A stretch of 64,000 nucleotides of DNA from a virus, in IMG/VR virus record IMGVR_UViG_3300025087_000054, positions 10,894 to 74,893 of that record; one strand, 5' to 3'. Under the pieces are notes generated by a model. The model saw nothing but the letters and a program-made list of their open reading frames with translations, was not told where the DNA came from and searched no databases. Of the stretch, positions 48,208-56,674 are shown one piece after another; the stretch's first letter is position 1; each line of letters starts with the position of its first letter. The position numbers and the translations under genes are program-made.

Positions 48208-48849
48208 ATGAACTTAATGAGTAAACATAAGATTACTTTAGTCTTATTTAAGAAGAAATTTGATTATAATGATTATGAATTATGTGCATTAATGAAGCAC
48301 AGGTCAGAATTATCTGAGGACGAATTTAGTCAAGGGGTATTAGGATTGGTAAAAAGAGCGTGTGAGTTTTATGAGGGGAGCGACTCATTTTATGATAATG
48401 TAGAAGAAGGGGCGTTGGATGATTTATGTATTGAAATTTATGATATACAAGGTAAGGATACCCACTCAAAAGGTAATTATTCGCCAGAGGTGTTTTTAGA
48501 AGATGTAGGGTTAGATGAAGAGTCGTATTCGTTTTTCGGTGATGGCATACCAGCGGAAATTTTATATGATAGTATTAGTGTATATAGGGGGAAAAATTTA
48601 CCGAAAATAGAAGATGGAGGTGTTATGGTAGATTCAGTAGTTCATTATAAAATTTTGGATATGCAGTTAGTTCAGACATTTGATTTAGACGAGATTTTTA
48701 GTGTAAATAATATAATGGAACGTATAGAAAAGAAGGTAGCTAAGGTTCAGGGTAGTCTATTGGAAAAGCATTTAGTAGGTGTAGTTAAAAGGAGTTATAA
48801 GGTAAAACATAAAATTGTTAAGAATCAAGTCAAAAAACTTTACAAATAG
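48208..48849 (+). CDS. Hypothetical protein
   Basis: 213 aa ORF after promoter. Confidence 0.65.
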   Translation: MNLMSKHKITLVLFKKKFDYNDYELCALMKHRSELSEDEFSQGVLGLVKRACEFYEGSDSFYDNVEEGALDDLCIEIYDIQGKDTHSKGNYSPEVFLEDVGLDEESYSFFGDGIPAEILYDSISVYRGKNLPKIEDGGVMVDSVVHYKILDMQLVQTFDLDEIFSVNNIMERIEKKVAKVQGSLLEKHLVGVVKRSYKVKHKIVKNQVKKLYK

Positions 48850-48866
48850 CAAAAAGGTTATAGTAT
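48826..48866 (+). promoter_or_regulatory. Repeated phage promoter (overlaps 3' end of upstream ORF)
   Basis: CAAGTCAAAAAACTTTACAAA; TTTACA-16-TAGTAT. Confidence 0.75.
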
Positions 48867-48890
48867 AAAAGTACAAATTAAAAATAGTAT

Positions 48891-49169
48891 ATGTTTTTGT
48901 TATCCAAATTATTAGGTAGTTTAGATAAGATAGGGTACGAATTACAAGATGTTATATATGAAAAGGATAGGGGGATGACAGTTCAGTTATGTACAAAGGG
49001 GAGTATAGCAAAGAATAAATTAGTTTTTTCAGTTAGGATGTTAAAAGCGGAAAGATTAACGATTGCATTAGAGACGTTTTTAAATACTTGTGCGAGTGAG
49101 CGTAACCAATCAATACATGATAAGTTAAAAACCTGTATGAAACAGAAGGAAACGGTTACTACTAACTAA
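48891..49169 (+). CDS. Hypothetical protein
   Basis: 92 aa ORF after promoter. Confidence 0.6.
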   Translation: MFLLSKLLGSLDKIGYELQDVIYEKDRGMTVQLCTKGSIAKNKLVFSVRMLKAERLTIALETFLNTCASERNQSIHDKLKTCMKQKETVTTN

Positions 49170-49178
49170 TTGTACTAT

Positions 49179-49394
49179 ATGTTTGGTTTATTTAGTAAAA
49201 AAGCATCAAAAAAGCAAGTGTTAGGTGATAAATTATGTGCTTTAAATAAAAAAGGGTTATATTGTGAATTTGAGCATATTGGTAAAGGCGGTGCAAAGGC
49301 TATTATAATTGACAAAGACAATAAAGTAGTAGGTGAAATAGTTGGAAAAAATTTTGAGGATACTGCGGTAAAAGTAATTAGTAAATATACATAA
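49179..49394 (+). CDS. Hypothetical protein
   Basis: ATG 49179. Confidence 0.55.
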   Translation: MFGLFSKKASKKQVLGDKLCALNKKGLYCEFEHIGKGGAKAIIIDKDNKVVGEIVGKNFEDTAVKVISKYT

Positions 49395-49405
49395 TTTTCA
49401 AATAT

Positions 49406-50032
49406 ATGAGTCATTTTGCAGTTTTAGTTATAGGTAATAATCCAGACGAGTTGTTAGCTCCGTATGATGAAAATATTGAGGAGGAGTTATATGTACGGGG
49501 ATTCGTTACAGAAAAAGAGAAACAAGATTTTATAGAGTATTATACAGAAAAAAATGCTAGTGGTGATATAGTAGAACGGACAGAAAATACCCTATTAACT
49601 TTTGAGGATTTGTATGAAAAATACAAAGAGGCGTGGAATGAAGGTAGGTGGAAAAAGAATGATGAAGATATGTGGGTGGAGTATAGTACATATAATCCAT
49701 TGTCAAAGTGGGATTGTTATATATTAGGTGGTAGATGGCCAAATTTATTAAAATTAAAGAATCAGTCGGGATCGTGCGTTATAGGAGAGGATACCAAGTT
49801 TATTGAAGGATACACAGATAGTGCATTGGCTGAATATGTTGATCTACAGGGAATAGGGGAAAAGGTTCACGCTGTGTTGTATAATGGGGAATGGTTTGAG
49901 CGAGGTGAGATGGGATGGTGGGGGAGTGTTCATGATGAAAAAGATAGTAAAGAATGGATAAAAGAGGTAGATAATGTAATTGCAAAGATACCAAAAGATG
50001 TATTAGTGTCTGTATATGATTGTCATATTTAA
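49406..50032 (+). CDS. Conserved-type phage hypothetical protein
   Basis: MSHFAVLVIG, NPLSKWD..GGRW, C-terminal YDCHI motifs recalled from phage hypotheticals. Confidence 0.7.
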   Translation: MSHFAVLVIGNNPDELLAPYDENIEEELYVRGFVTEKEKQDFIEYYTEKNASGDIVERTENTLLTFEDLYEKYKEAWNEGRWKKNDEDMWVEYSTYNPLSKWDCYILGGRWPNLLKLKNQSGSCVIGEDTKFIEGYTDSALAEYVDLQGIGEKVHAVLYNGEWFERGEMGWWGSVHDEKDSKEWIKEVDNVIAKIPKDVLVSVYDCHI

Positions 50033-50050
50033 AATTTTAAATTAATATAA

Positions 50051-50281
50051 ATGATTCCAATTCAGTCAGGCAATATTGACGAAGCGGCTCAAAAATTTAG
50101 ACAAGTAGTTGAAAAGATGACGGGTAAATCAGTTGTTGTAGGATGGGCAGTAGTAGACGAAAATGATGAGGAAGGGGATGGTAATTTATTATTACCAGAT
50201 GAGATTGATTTGGACGTAATATTGCAGATATTATTTAGTTGGACATGTGTGGTAAAAGAGTCAATGGATGATGGTTATTAG
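50051..50281 (+). CDS. Hypothetical protein
   Basis: 76 aa ORF. Confidence 0.55.
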   Translation: MIPIQSGNIDEAAQKFRQVVEKMTGKSVVVGWAVVDENDEEGDGNLLLPDEIDLDVILQILFSWTCVVKESMDDGY

Positions 50282-50298
50282 TTATTAAACTTTACAGT

Positions 50299-50574
50299 AT
50301 GGATGAATTAATTTTAAGTATAATGGAGTCGGCAAAAAAGTGGGATGCAGTAGTTCAGATACATGCAGACGGTTCAAAGACAGTTAAGCCTAATCCGCAA
50401 AAGAATTTTTGGTTAGATAGTATGATAACTATTTTAAGTAATTTAAAGAAAACGTTACCGCCAATTTGTATTGATAATTGTAATGGGGAGTTGGCAGGGA
50501 GTTTTCGGGAATGGCAAAAGCAGAATAGGGAGATAGATTCAGTAATTAGTATGCTACGAGGGCATAATAATTAG
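50299..50574 (+). CDS. Hypothetical protein
   Basis: 91 aa ORF. Confidence 0.55.
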   Translation: MDELILSIMESAKKWDAVVQIHADGSKTVKPNPQKNFWLDSMITILSNLKKTLPPICIDNCNGELAGSFREWQKQNREIDSVISMLRGHNN

Positions 50575-50600
50575 TTTTTATAATATAATAAAAATCCAGT

Positions 50601-50900
50601 ATGCAAGAATTATGTGGTAAACCATTAACATTTGGAAATGAGGATCAGATTAAGCACTTACGTAAAGAGGCTGAAAAACAAGAGCAGTATAATGATGCTA
50701 AGAATCAAGAGCCAAAGAATGTTACGTATATAGATACGGTTATTGCTCAATGCCCAGATTGTCGTAATGAGAGTGATGAGCCAACACATAACCAAAGGTA
50801 TGCGTTTGAGTGTATTGCAGAAAAGTTAAGCTCGCCAGGACAGGAAGATATTTGGGTATGTCGTGGGTGTGGTACGCATTTATTACAAGCTAAATTTTAA
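50601..50900 (+). CDS. Zn-ribbon-like hypothetical protein
   Basis: CPDC...CRGC. Confidence 0.6.
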   Translation: MQELCGKPLTFGNEDQIKHLRKEAEKQEQYNDAKNQEPKNVTYIDTVIAQCPDCRNESDEPTHNQRYAFECIAEKLSSPGQEDIWVCRGCGTHLLQAKF

Positions 50901-50905
50901 AATTT

Positions 50906-51250
50906 ATGTTATCCAAAGATAAAATCAGGGAGTTGATAGGTAAGGGGTTTAAGGATTTATACCAGAATCTGTATACGAGTAGTTTTACTATAACTCATGT
51001 ACAAGATTGGGCGATTTATACTTTAAAATTGCCTTACGATATAGTGTCAATTGATAGGTTATGTAAAGAAAAAGGATACACTAATTGGGTACGAATAGTG
51101 TCGAGACTATATTGGGAAATTACATCATCAATAGATACAGGATTAATAGATACTGGTAATGAGAATATAGATAGTGATAATAGTGTTTTATTTTATAACC
51201 ACGGTGAGATTAATTTATTGGAACAGGATTTAGTAGGTAAACAAGTTTAA
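50906..51250 (+). CDS. Hypothetical protein
   Basis: 114 aa ORF. Confidence 0.6.
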   Translation: MLSKDKIRELIGKGFKDLYQNLYTSSFTITHVQDWAIYTLKLPYDIVSIDRLCKEKGYTNWVRIVSRLYWEITSSIDTGLIDTGNENIDSDNSVLFYNHGEINLLEQDLVGKQV

Positions 51251-51282
51251 AAACTTTACAAATAGTATAAAGATACTATACT
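51242..51282 (+). promoter_or_regulatory. Repeated phage promoter
   Basis: CAAGTTTAAAAACTTTACAAA; TTTACA-16-TATACT. Confidence 0.8.
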
Positions 51283-51305
51283 AATTTTGTATTTAAGATA
51301 AATTT

Positions 51306-51473
51306 ATGGAAACTTTAGTACTAAAAAACGGTAAAAAAGTAGTGTATGAGGCTGAGATAGTTAGTGTGGATGGTTGTGAGATATATGTGCATACAAAATT
51401 GACTGCGGAAGAGAAAAAGGAGGTTAGATATGAGTTACAGAGTGAAGGGGACGTGCTTTATATACATTTTTAA
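51306..51473 (+). CDS. 55-aa hypothetical protein (not in ORF track)
   Basis: METLVLKNGKKVVYE...VLYIHF; first ORF after promoter. Confidence 0.6.
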   Translation: METLVLKNGKKVVYEAEIVSVDGCEIYVHTKLTAEEKKEVRYELQSEGDVLYIHF

Positions 51474-51484
51474 AAATAATTATT

Positions 51485-51667
51485 ATGAAATTTTACAATA
51501 TTTACCCAAATTTTCAGTTCAGAGTAGAGGCGGAGTCGCTATCGGTAGCCGAAGATATTGCACACGATTTATTAAAGCGAGGTGCGGGTACTATTTGTGG
51601 AGCGTTAAGTTTTGATTTTGATATAGAGGAGGATATAACCGAGGAGAGCTGTGAGCAAATTAATTAA
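51485..51667 (+). CDS. Hypothetical protein
   Basis: 60 aa ORF. Confidence 0.55.
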   Translation: MKFYNIYPNFQFRVEAESLSVAEDIAHDLLKRGAGTICGALSFDFDIEEDITEESCEQIN

Positions 51668-51679
51668 TAATATTATTAT

Positions 51680-51970
51680 ATGGCAAAATGTATAGACTGT
51701 GGATGTGGTTTAAATCAAGGTATTTGTTCTAATTGTCATGAGGAACTGCATATAGATGTTTTTCAGAAAGACGGTAGTGAAGAGCCTAGTTCACCAGAAT
51801 GGCAAGATAAGGTAATTGAGCAAGTAAGTGCCGTACAAAAACAACGATTAGAACGAAAGGCGGGTATACAAAATGAAATTGATACTTGTACATGTAGATT
51901 AAAAAATATGTCGGTAGAGGATAGGGATTATGCAGAGCTATGGGATAAACGGGTCGATTTAAAACATTAA
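51680..51970 (+). CDS. Zn-finger hypothetical protein
   Basis: CIDCG..CSNC. Confidence 0.6.
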   Translation: MAKCIDCGCGLNQGICSNCHEELHIDVFQKDGSEEPSSPEWQDKVIEQVSAVQKQRLERKAGIQNEIDTCTCRLKNMSVEDRDYAELWDKRVDLKH

Positions 51971-51994
51971 TTAAATAGTATATAATTTTAAAAT

Positions 51995-52333
51995 ATGAGT
52001 ATAGATACAAGTTTAGTGGTATTTGTAGGTATAAGGGCTAGTCAGCTATCTGATAAACAGAGAGAAAAAATTGAGACTAAGTATGAAGGGGTAATAGGTG
52101 ATTTTATTGAGTCAGGCGAATTAGGAGTAGAGATGGATTATATGGAAATGTCCCATGATATTGAAGATATTTATGAGGAAACACTAATCGGGCGAATTGT
52201 AGTAGATATATATGAGGGGACTGTTGAGGAATTTGGTAGCACTGAGTATATGAGCAATATGAAAAGTACTATAGAAGATGTTGAAAATGGAATAAAACTA
52301 ACTCCTAGTATCTATACTTTTATAAGAAAATAA
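51995..52333 (+). CDS. Acidic hypothetical protein
   Basis: 112 aa ORF. Confidence 0.6.
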   Translation: MSIDTSLVVFVGIRASQLSDKQREKIETKYEGVIGDFIESGELGVEMDYMEMSHDIEDIYEETLIGRIVVDIYEGTVEEFGSTEYMSNMKSTIEDVENGIKLTPSIYTFIRK

Positions 52334-52343
52334 TTATATTAAT

Positions 52344-52658
52344 ATGGTTAAAATAAAAAATATATCAGAATCAGCACGAAGTAGTAGCTTATTAGGTGAT
52401 TATGGAAGGATGTTTAAAACACCTATGGTGTGTAGCAATAATTTAAGTATTTTTACATTAGGGTATAATAATAAAGGTGCTTTATTTATTTTTATTGTTG
52501 AGGATGATGGGCTATTAAGTAGGATTATCGTAAAAAGGGTTTTTAAGTGTGGTGATACTATGTGGGCAGTTCAATACGGTATACACACAATAGATTTTAA
52601 GGACTATGGAGATGATACACTACCAAGAATATTTACGCAGTATGGGTATATTATATAA
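52344..52658 (+). CDS. Hypothetical protein
   Basis: 104 aa ORF. Confidence 0.55.
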   Translation: MVKIKNISESARSSSLLGDYGRMFKTPMVCSNNLSIFTLGYNNKGALFIFIVEDDGLLSRIIVKRVFKCGDTMWAVQYGIHTIDFKDYGDDTLPRIFTQYGYII

Positions 52659-52669
52659 TAAATTAATTT

Positions 52670-52885
52670 ATGTATAAGTTTTACGTATTAATAGTGGTAT
52701 TAAGTTTATTAGCCAGTTGGATGTATACTAATCAAAAGATACAATTAATTACTCAGCAAAAGCGGGCTTTGTTTATGGAATGTGTGCAACTTAAAATAAA
52801 ATTAGATGGGTTGGAGCGAGATGGCTATGGTGTTACTTTACCGTATGCGGAATTAAACGAGGTATGCGATCCTATAACGTTTTAA
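52670..52885 (+). CDS. Small membrane-anchored protein
   Basis: N-terminal TM helix. Confidence 0.55.
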   Translation: MYKFYVLIVVLSLLASWMYTNQKIQLITQQKRALFMECVQLKIKLDGLERDGYGVTLPYAELNEVCDPITF

Positions 52886-52902
52886 TTATTAATTTATAAA
52901 TA

Positions 52903-53340
52903 ATGGATAATGTTTTTCAGTCAGTATTTTTGCCTATTTATTTTGAGAACTTAAAAACTAAGTTCCCAGAGAGTACTAGGGCAAAACAGTTGGCTATGGG
53001 CGGTCTAGATGCAAAGGCTGTTATTGAGGTAGAGACATTATTATTAGAGTCCGCTTTTGAATCTGCATTGAAAGCTTGGCAAGATAAAGCATTAGCTTGT
53101 GTAGCAGATAATGTGTTTGATAGGGAGTGTGATAAGATGGCCAAAAAATATAAAGTAAGTATAATAACGCATAAAGATCGGTATACAGATGCGTATAATA
53201 TACGGGCTTGTGATTATGGTAAGGAGGATGGGTTGGGTATATTAAATCAACATGATATAGATGCGGTTAAGTTGGTAGTTAGGGTTGATAGTATGTTGCA
53301 GGAGTATAGGAATAAAAATAAAATCAGTAAACAAAGTTAA
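52903..53340 (+). CDS. Hypothetical protein
   Basis: 145 aa ORF. Confidence 0.6.
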   Translation: MDNVFQSVFLPIYFENLKTKFPESTRAKQLAMGGLDAKAVIEVETLLLESAFESALKAWQDKALACVADNVFDRECDKMAKKYKVSIITHKDRYTDAYNIRACDYGKEDGLGILNQHDIDAVKLVVRVDSMLQEYRNKNKISKQS

Positions 53341-53347
53341 AATAGGG

Positions 53348-53424
53348 CAAGCCCAAAAACTTTACAAATTAGTTTAATATATTATAATGTATACGTAATT
53401 AATTTTTATTGTTTATGAGAAAAA
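53348..53424 (+). repeat. Promoter-leader-start cassette, near-duplicate of 41225-41301
   Basis: 68 of 77 nt identical by manual alignment; TTTACA-16-TATAAT. Confidence 0.85.
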
Positions 53425-53699
53425 ATAGCTTATTGTTATTAGGAATGGCGACTGAGGTAAAAAGACAATTGCATAATGCAATTATAGATAAATTAACGGG
53501 AAATGAACCACCAATAACTGAACCACAAGAAAAGATAAATTTGTTGGGTAAAGTAATGAGTGGATTTGAGAATAAGGAGAGGGGATTAAAAAAAGATGCT
53601 GTAGATTGGGGTAAGGGATTGGAAACATTTATACGATTGTATAAGAGCGACTGGGATAAGTTACGTGGGTCGGTATCACTATCTTTATTAACTAAATGA
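53415..53699 (+). CDS. Hypothetical protein
   Basis: ATG 53415 within cassette. Confidence 0.6.
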   Translation: MRKNSLLLLGMATEVKRQLHNAIIDKLTGNEPPITEPQEKINLLGKVMSGFENKERGLKKDAVDWGKGLETFIRLYKSDWDKLRGSVSLSLLTK

Positions 53700-54082
53700 G
53701 TTTATTAGTAACACCATCGGATAAGTATAGTTATAGAGCAGGTGGTAAGAATGGGTTTATAGCACTGTTATTACAGTATATTAAAGATGAAAAAGTTAAT
53801 TGGGAATGCTTAAATATAGGTTTAAGTAAGCCCATTACGGCTAAGTTTATGTTATGGTACAGTAGTGATATGTTTGGAAAGTTAGTAATTATTTTAAATA
53901 TAGAGTCAGTAACGGCCATAAATAATAGTTATAGTGTCAAAATCGAGTTGACATTTAATAGGCAAAAGGATAACTCACGTATATTTAAAAAGAGTTTGTA
54001 TATTTATCCTATATATACAGTAGAGCAGTTTAAGATGAGAATACGGCACGAGATTAGAGATGTAGACTCGTTACCATTTTAA
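53696..54082 (+). CDS. Hypothetical protein
   Basis: ATGA overlap with upstream gene. Confidence 0.6.
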   Translation: MSLLVTPSDKYSYRAGGKNGFIALLLQYIKDEKVNWECLNIGLSKPITAKFMLWYSSDMFGKLVIILNIESVTAINNSYSVKIELTFNRQKDNSRIFKKSLYIYPIYTVEQFKMRIRHEIRDVDSLPF

Positions 54083-54107
54083 TTAGGTAATAAATATAAG
54101 ATTAGGT

Positions 54108-54148
54108 CAATATAAAAAACTTTACAAATATAAAATATATAATATACT
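54108..54148 (+). promoter_or_regulatory. Repeated phage promoter
   Basis: CAATATAAAAAACTTTACAAA; TTTACA-16-TATACT. Confidence 0.8.
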
Positions 54149-54172
54149 AAATTTATAATTTAATTTTAATTT

Positions 54173-54412
54173 ATGGAGTCAAAAGATGAGTATGTTAGTT
54201 TACCTGTAACAACACAAATAGGTGAGGTTGGCGGGAGTGTTGCTGGGGAGCTTAAATTACGTAAGGATTTATTTAATAGCTATAAATCAGAATCCTGGTG
54301 TTTGTTTCCTGTACTAGAGATGGACGGTGAGGAGGTAGTTAATATAGTATCTGTTTGTGTTATGAAACAGGAAGATATTTTAAAATCTTTTTTAAAAAAT
54401 AATGAAAAATAA
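54173..54412 (+). CDS. Hypothetical protein
   Basis: First ORF after promoter. Confidence 0.55.
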   Translation: MESKDEYVSLPVTTQIGEVGGSVAGELKLRKDLFNSYKSESWCLFPVLEMDGEEVVNIVSVCVMKQEDILKSFLKNNEK

Positions 54413-54677
54413 ATTAATTTTATTATTAAAGGGGTTTAGTATTGGGTGTCTCCAAGCTGTAGGCAATATATTATTAATAAGTATGGGTATTTATGTTGTG
54501 TCGTATATTATGTATATGTCAGAGCATTACGTGAATGATTGGCTATTAGCTAATGGTGTGTTAGTAGAACAAGCAGATACAGGGGCAAAGATAGTTAGTA
54601 TACTATCAGGTACAGCTATCTTTTATATATTATATAAATCAGTAACAACAGCTATTGAATATGGACGAAAAAGTTAA
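54402..54677 (+). CDS. Membrane protein
   Basis: Two hydrophobic segments. Confidence 0.55.
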   Translation: MKNKLILLLKGFSIGCLQAVGNILLISMGIYVVSYIMYMSEHYVNDWLLANGVLVEQADTGAKIVSILSGTAIFYILYKSVTTAIEYGRKS

Positions 54678-54981
54678 AATACAGTTACAGGAGGTAAGCC
54701 GAATACATTTTGAAACTATTAAGAGACAGGCGAGTCCAGGAGAGCAATTTTTTATAGTGCAGGGCATTAAAAAAAGTATGGGGCAGTTTTGGGAGATACA
54801 TATACGATCTAGTGATACATCATTAACGGTAGGTAAGATAATATTAGTTTTGGCGTATGTATTTGAAAAAGAGTTCCCGATGAGTAATAAGAGATTATGG
54901 ATAACTTGGATGGTATTTGCAGTTTGTTTGCAAAGTTTAATATTGTCTTTAGTAATTAATTGGCTAGTGTTTAAAAATTAG
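54661..54981 (+). CDS. Protein with C-terminal TM segment
   Basis: Hydrophobic C-terminus. Confidence 0.55.
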   Translation: MDEKVKIQLQEVSRIHFETIKRQASPGEQFFIVQGIKKSMGQFWEIHIRSSDTSLTVGKIILVLAYVFEKEFPMSNKRLWITWMVFAVCLQSLILSLVINWLVFKN

Positions 54982-54982
54982 T

Positions 54983-55195
54983 ATGGTTGTTAAATACACA
55001 TTATCGGACAATTATAGTAAAGAGGCACATAAATTATGTGATGAAGGTGCAAAAGCTTTTCAGGCATTAATATGTATAACTACCAAACAATTAGGTTGGC
55101 GGGTATTTATATACGTTTGGGTATTGAGTAGATTTTATAATAAAATTGCTACGGATACCTCGATTACTTATGATTTTTATCTATTAGGAAAATGA
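54983..55195 (+). CDS. Hypothetical protein
   Basis: 70 aa ORF. Confidence 0.5.
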   Translation: MVVKYTLSDNYSKEAHKLCDEGAKAFQALICITTKQLGWRVFIYVWVLSRFYNKIATDTSITYDFYLLGK

Positions 55196-55292
55196 GTAAA
55201 TGCAAAAAAATAAAGGTAAATGCTAAGATAAAAATTAATGTGAAAAATGCAAGTCAAAAACTATTAAACAAATTAAAATTAATTTTTAAAAA

Positions 55293-55667
55293 ATGAAACC
55301 TATAATAAGATATTGGGATAGATTGGAAAAGTGCTATATGTTGGATTTATGTATGTGTCTTGATGAGAAAAGATTTAAAGTACCCATGACAAGTATGAAT
55401 AAAAAAGATGGTAATGGTGAGGAGTTATTTGAATATGATATATTAAGGCTACCAAGTGGTGAGGATATAATATTAATGATGGAAACAGAGTTTTATTATG
55501 GGTGGGCATATAGAGTAATTTTTGAGGGGGATGGATGGGAGCGATCAAATATGTTGCCATTAGGTGATTATTTGGTGAATAACGATTTACAGATAGAGGA
55601 CTTGTGTAAAGTTGGCAGTATTTTTGAGGATAAACGATGTGAAAAATTTATTAAGACCTTGTTATAA
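55293..55667 (+). CDS. YopX-family protein
   Basis: RYWD, KDGNGEELFEYDIL, KVGSIFE. Confidence 0.75.
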   Translation: MKPIIRYWDRLEKCYMLDLCMCLDEKRFKVPMTSMNKKDGNGEELFEYDILRLPSGEDIILMMETEFYYGWAYRVIFEGDGWERSNMLPLGDYLVNNDLQIEDLCKVGSIFEDKRCEKFIKTLL

Positions 55668-55691
55668 ATACACAATAAAAGCATAAAAGAA

Positions 55692-55733
55692 CAAGCTAAA
55701 AAACTTTACAAACATAAATGTATAATATATAAT
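55692..55733 (+). promoter_or_regulatory. Repeated phage promoter
   Basis: CAAGCTAAAAAACTTTACAAA; TTTACA-17-TATAAT. Confidence 0.85.
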
Positions 55734-55766
55734 TTTAGTGTAATATTAATTATTAATTTTTATTTT

Positions 55767-56210
55767 ATGAAGATTGCGCAATTTATTCGGGATAACGCTT
55801 ATTACGTAAACGATGCGATAAAAAGTTGCGGTAATGTTTTTATCCAGTTCGGACATTTTTTTAGTTATGGTGGACATTATCCGTTAGCAGTTTTAATTAA
55901 CGGTACATATTTTATTAATGATAGTGGTTATAGTAGTAGTACAAAGCGTCATATAAATATAGCAAAAGATGTGATAGTAAATACTTATTTATGGGATTAT
56001 AGTTCGGTTAGTAAGGATATAACTAATGGTCATATATCGTGGAGTGATGAAAAGGCTGTTATGAAGATGGTAAAATCTGCTATAGATGATGAATTGGGTA
56101 AGGTTTGTTATAAATTATTAAATACAAAAGCAAGAGCTTTTAAACAAATTAGTAATTTAGAGCTACGAAAAACTGAATTAGAGAAAAGCTTAGCGTATCT
56201 TAAATATTAA
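55767..56210 (+). CDS. Conserved-type phage hypothetical protein
   Basis: FSYG.HYPLA, YSSSTKRHIN motifs. Confidence 0.65.
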   Translation: MKIAQFIRDNAYYVNDAIKSCGNVFIQFGHFFSYGGHYPLAVLINGTYFINDSGYSSSTKRHINIAKDVIVNTYLWDYSSVSKDITNGHISWSDEKAVMKMVKSAIDDELGKVCYKLLNTKARAFKQISNLELRKTELEKSLAYLKY

Positions 56211-56224
56211 AATGTATTTTAAGT

Positions 56225-56656
56225 ATGTCATTAAAAAAATTAATTACGTTATTAAATAAGCCACAGCCAGAATTTTATAGTAGATTTGAGGAGGCTATTA
56301 GGATTGGTAATATACTAAAGGATAAACGTATGTTTCGTAGATCGGATGGTTGGGCAATACGTAGAAAGGCGTGTCATGTAGCTTGCTTTGTGGCTATGGT
56401 AATGAAAGATTTGGGTAGTAAAAATGAGACATACCCTATTTTTGAGATACAAAAATGGATGCGATTAGCTGGGAGACCCAATTATTTAATAGATAATCGT
56501 ACCATCATAAGCACACTACAGTTTTTTGTGCGATTGGGTGTATTTTTTATGAAACAAAAAGCGAATTGTAAAGGAGGGATATCACAGGAAAAACAGAGAG
56601 TGTACGGGTTAAATTGCGATTCAGAGTATTTATTGGATATGTTAGGAGCATTTTAA
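56225..56656 (+). CDS. Basic, winged-helix-like protein
   Basis: RTIISTLQFFVRLG..RVYGLN. Confidence 0.55.
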   Translation: MSLKKLITLLNKPQPEFYSRFEEAIRIGNILKDKRMFRRSDGWAIRRKACHVACFVAMVMKDLGSKNETYPIFEIQKWMRLAGRPNYLIDNRTIISTLQFFVRLGVFFMKQKANCKGGISQEKQRVYGLNCDSEYLLDMLGAF

Positions 56657-56674
56657 TTATTAAAATTTAGATTG

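Noticed and set aside
51430-51615. 61-aa + strand ORF
   Set aside because: Overlaps two better-supported ORFs (51306-51473 and 51485-51667) out of frame
55250-55270. caagtcaaaaactattaaa, and caagattaaaaaggtttact at 33530, as promoter copies
   Set aside because: -35 box or spacing is degenerate; not counted among the 14 copies
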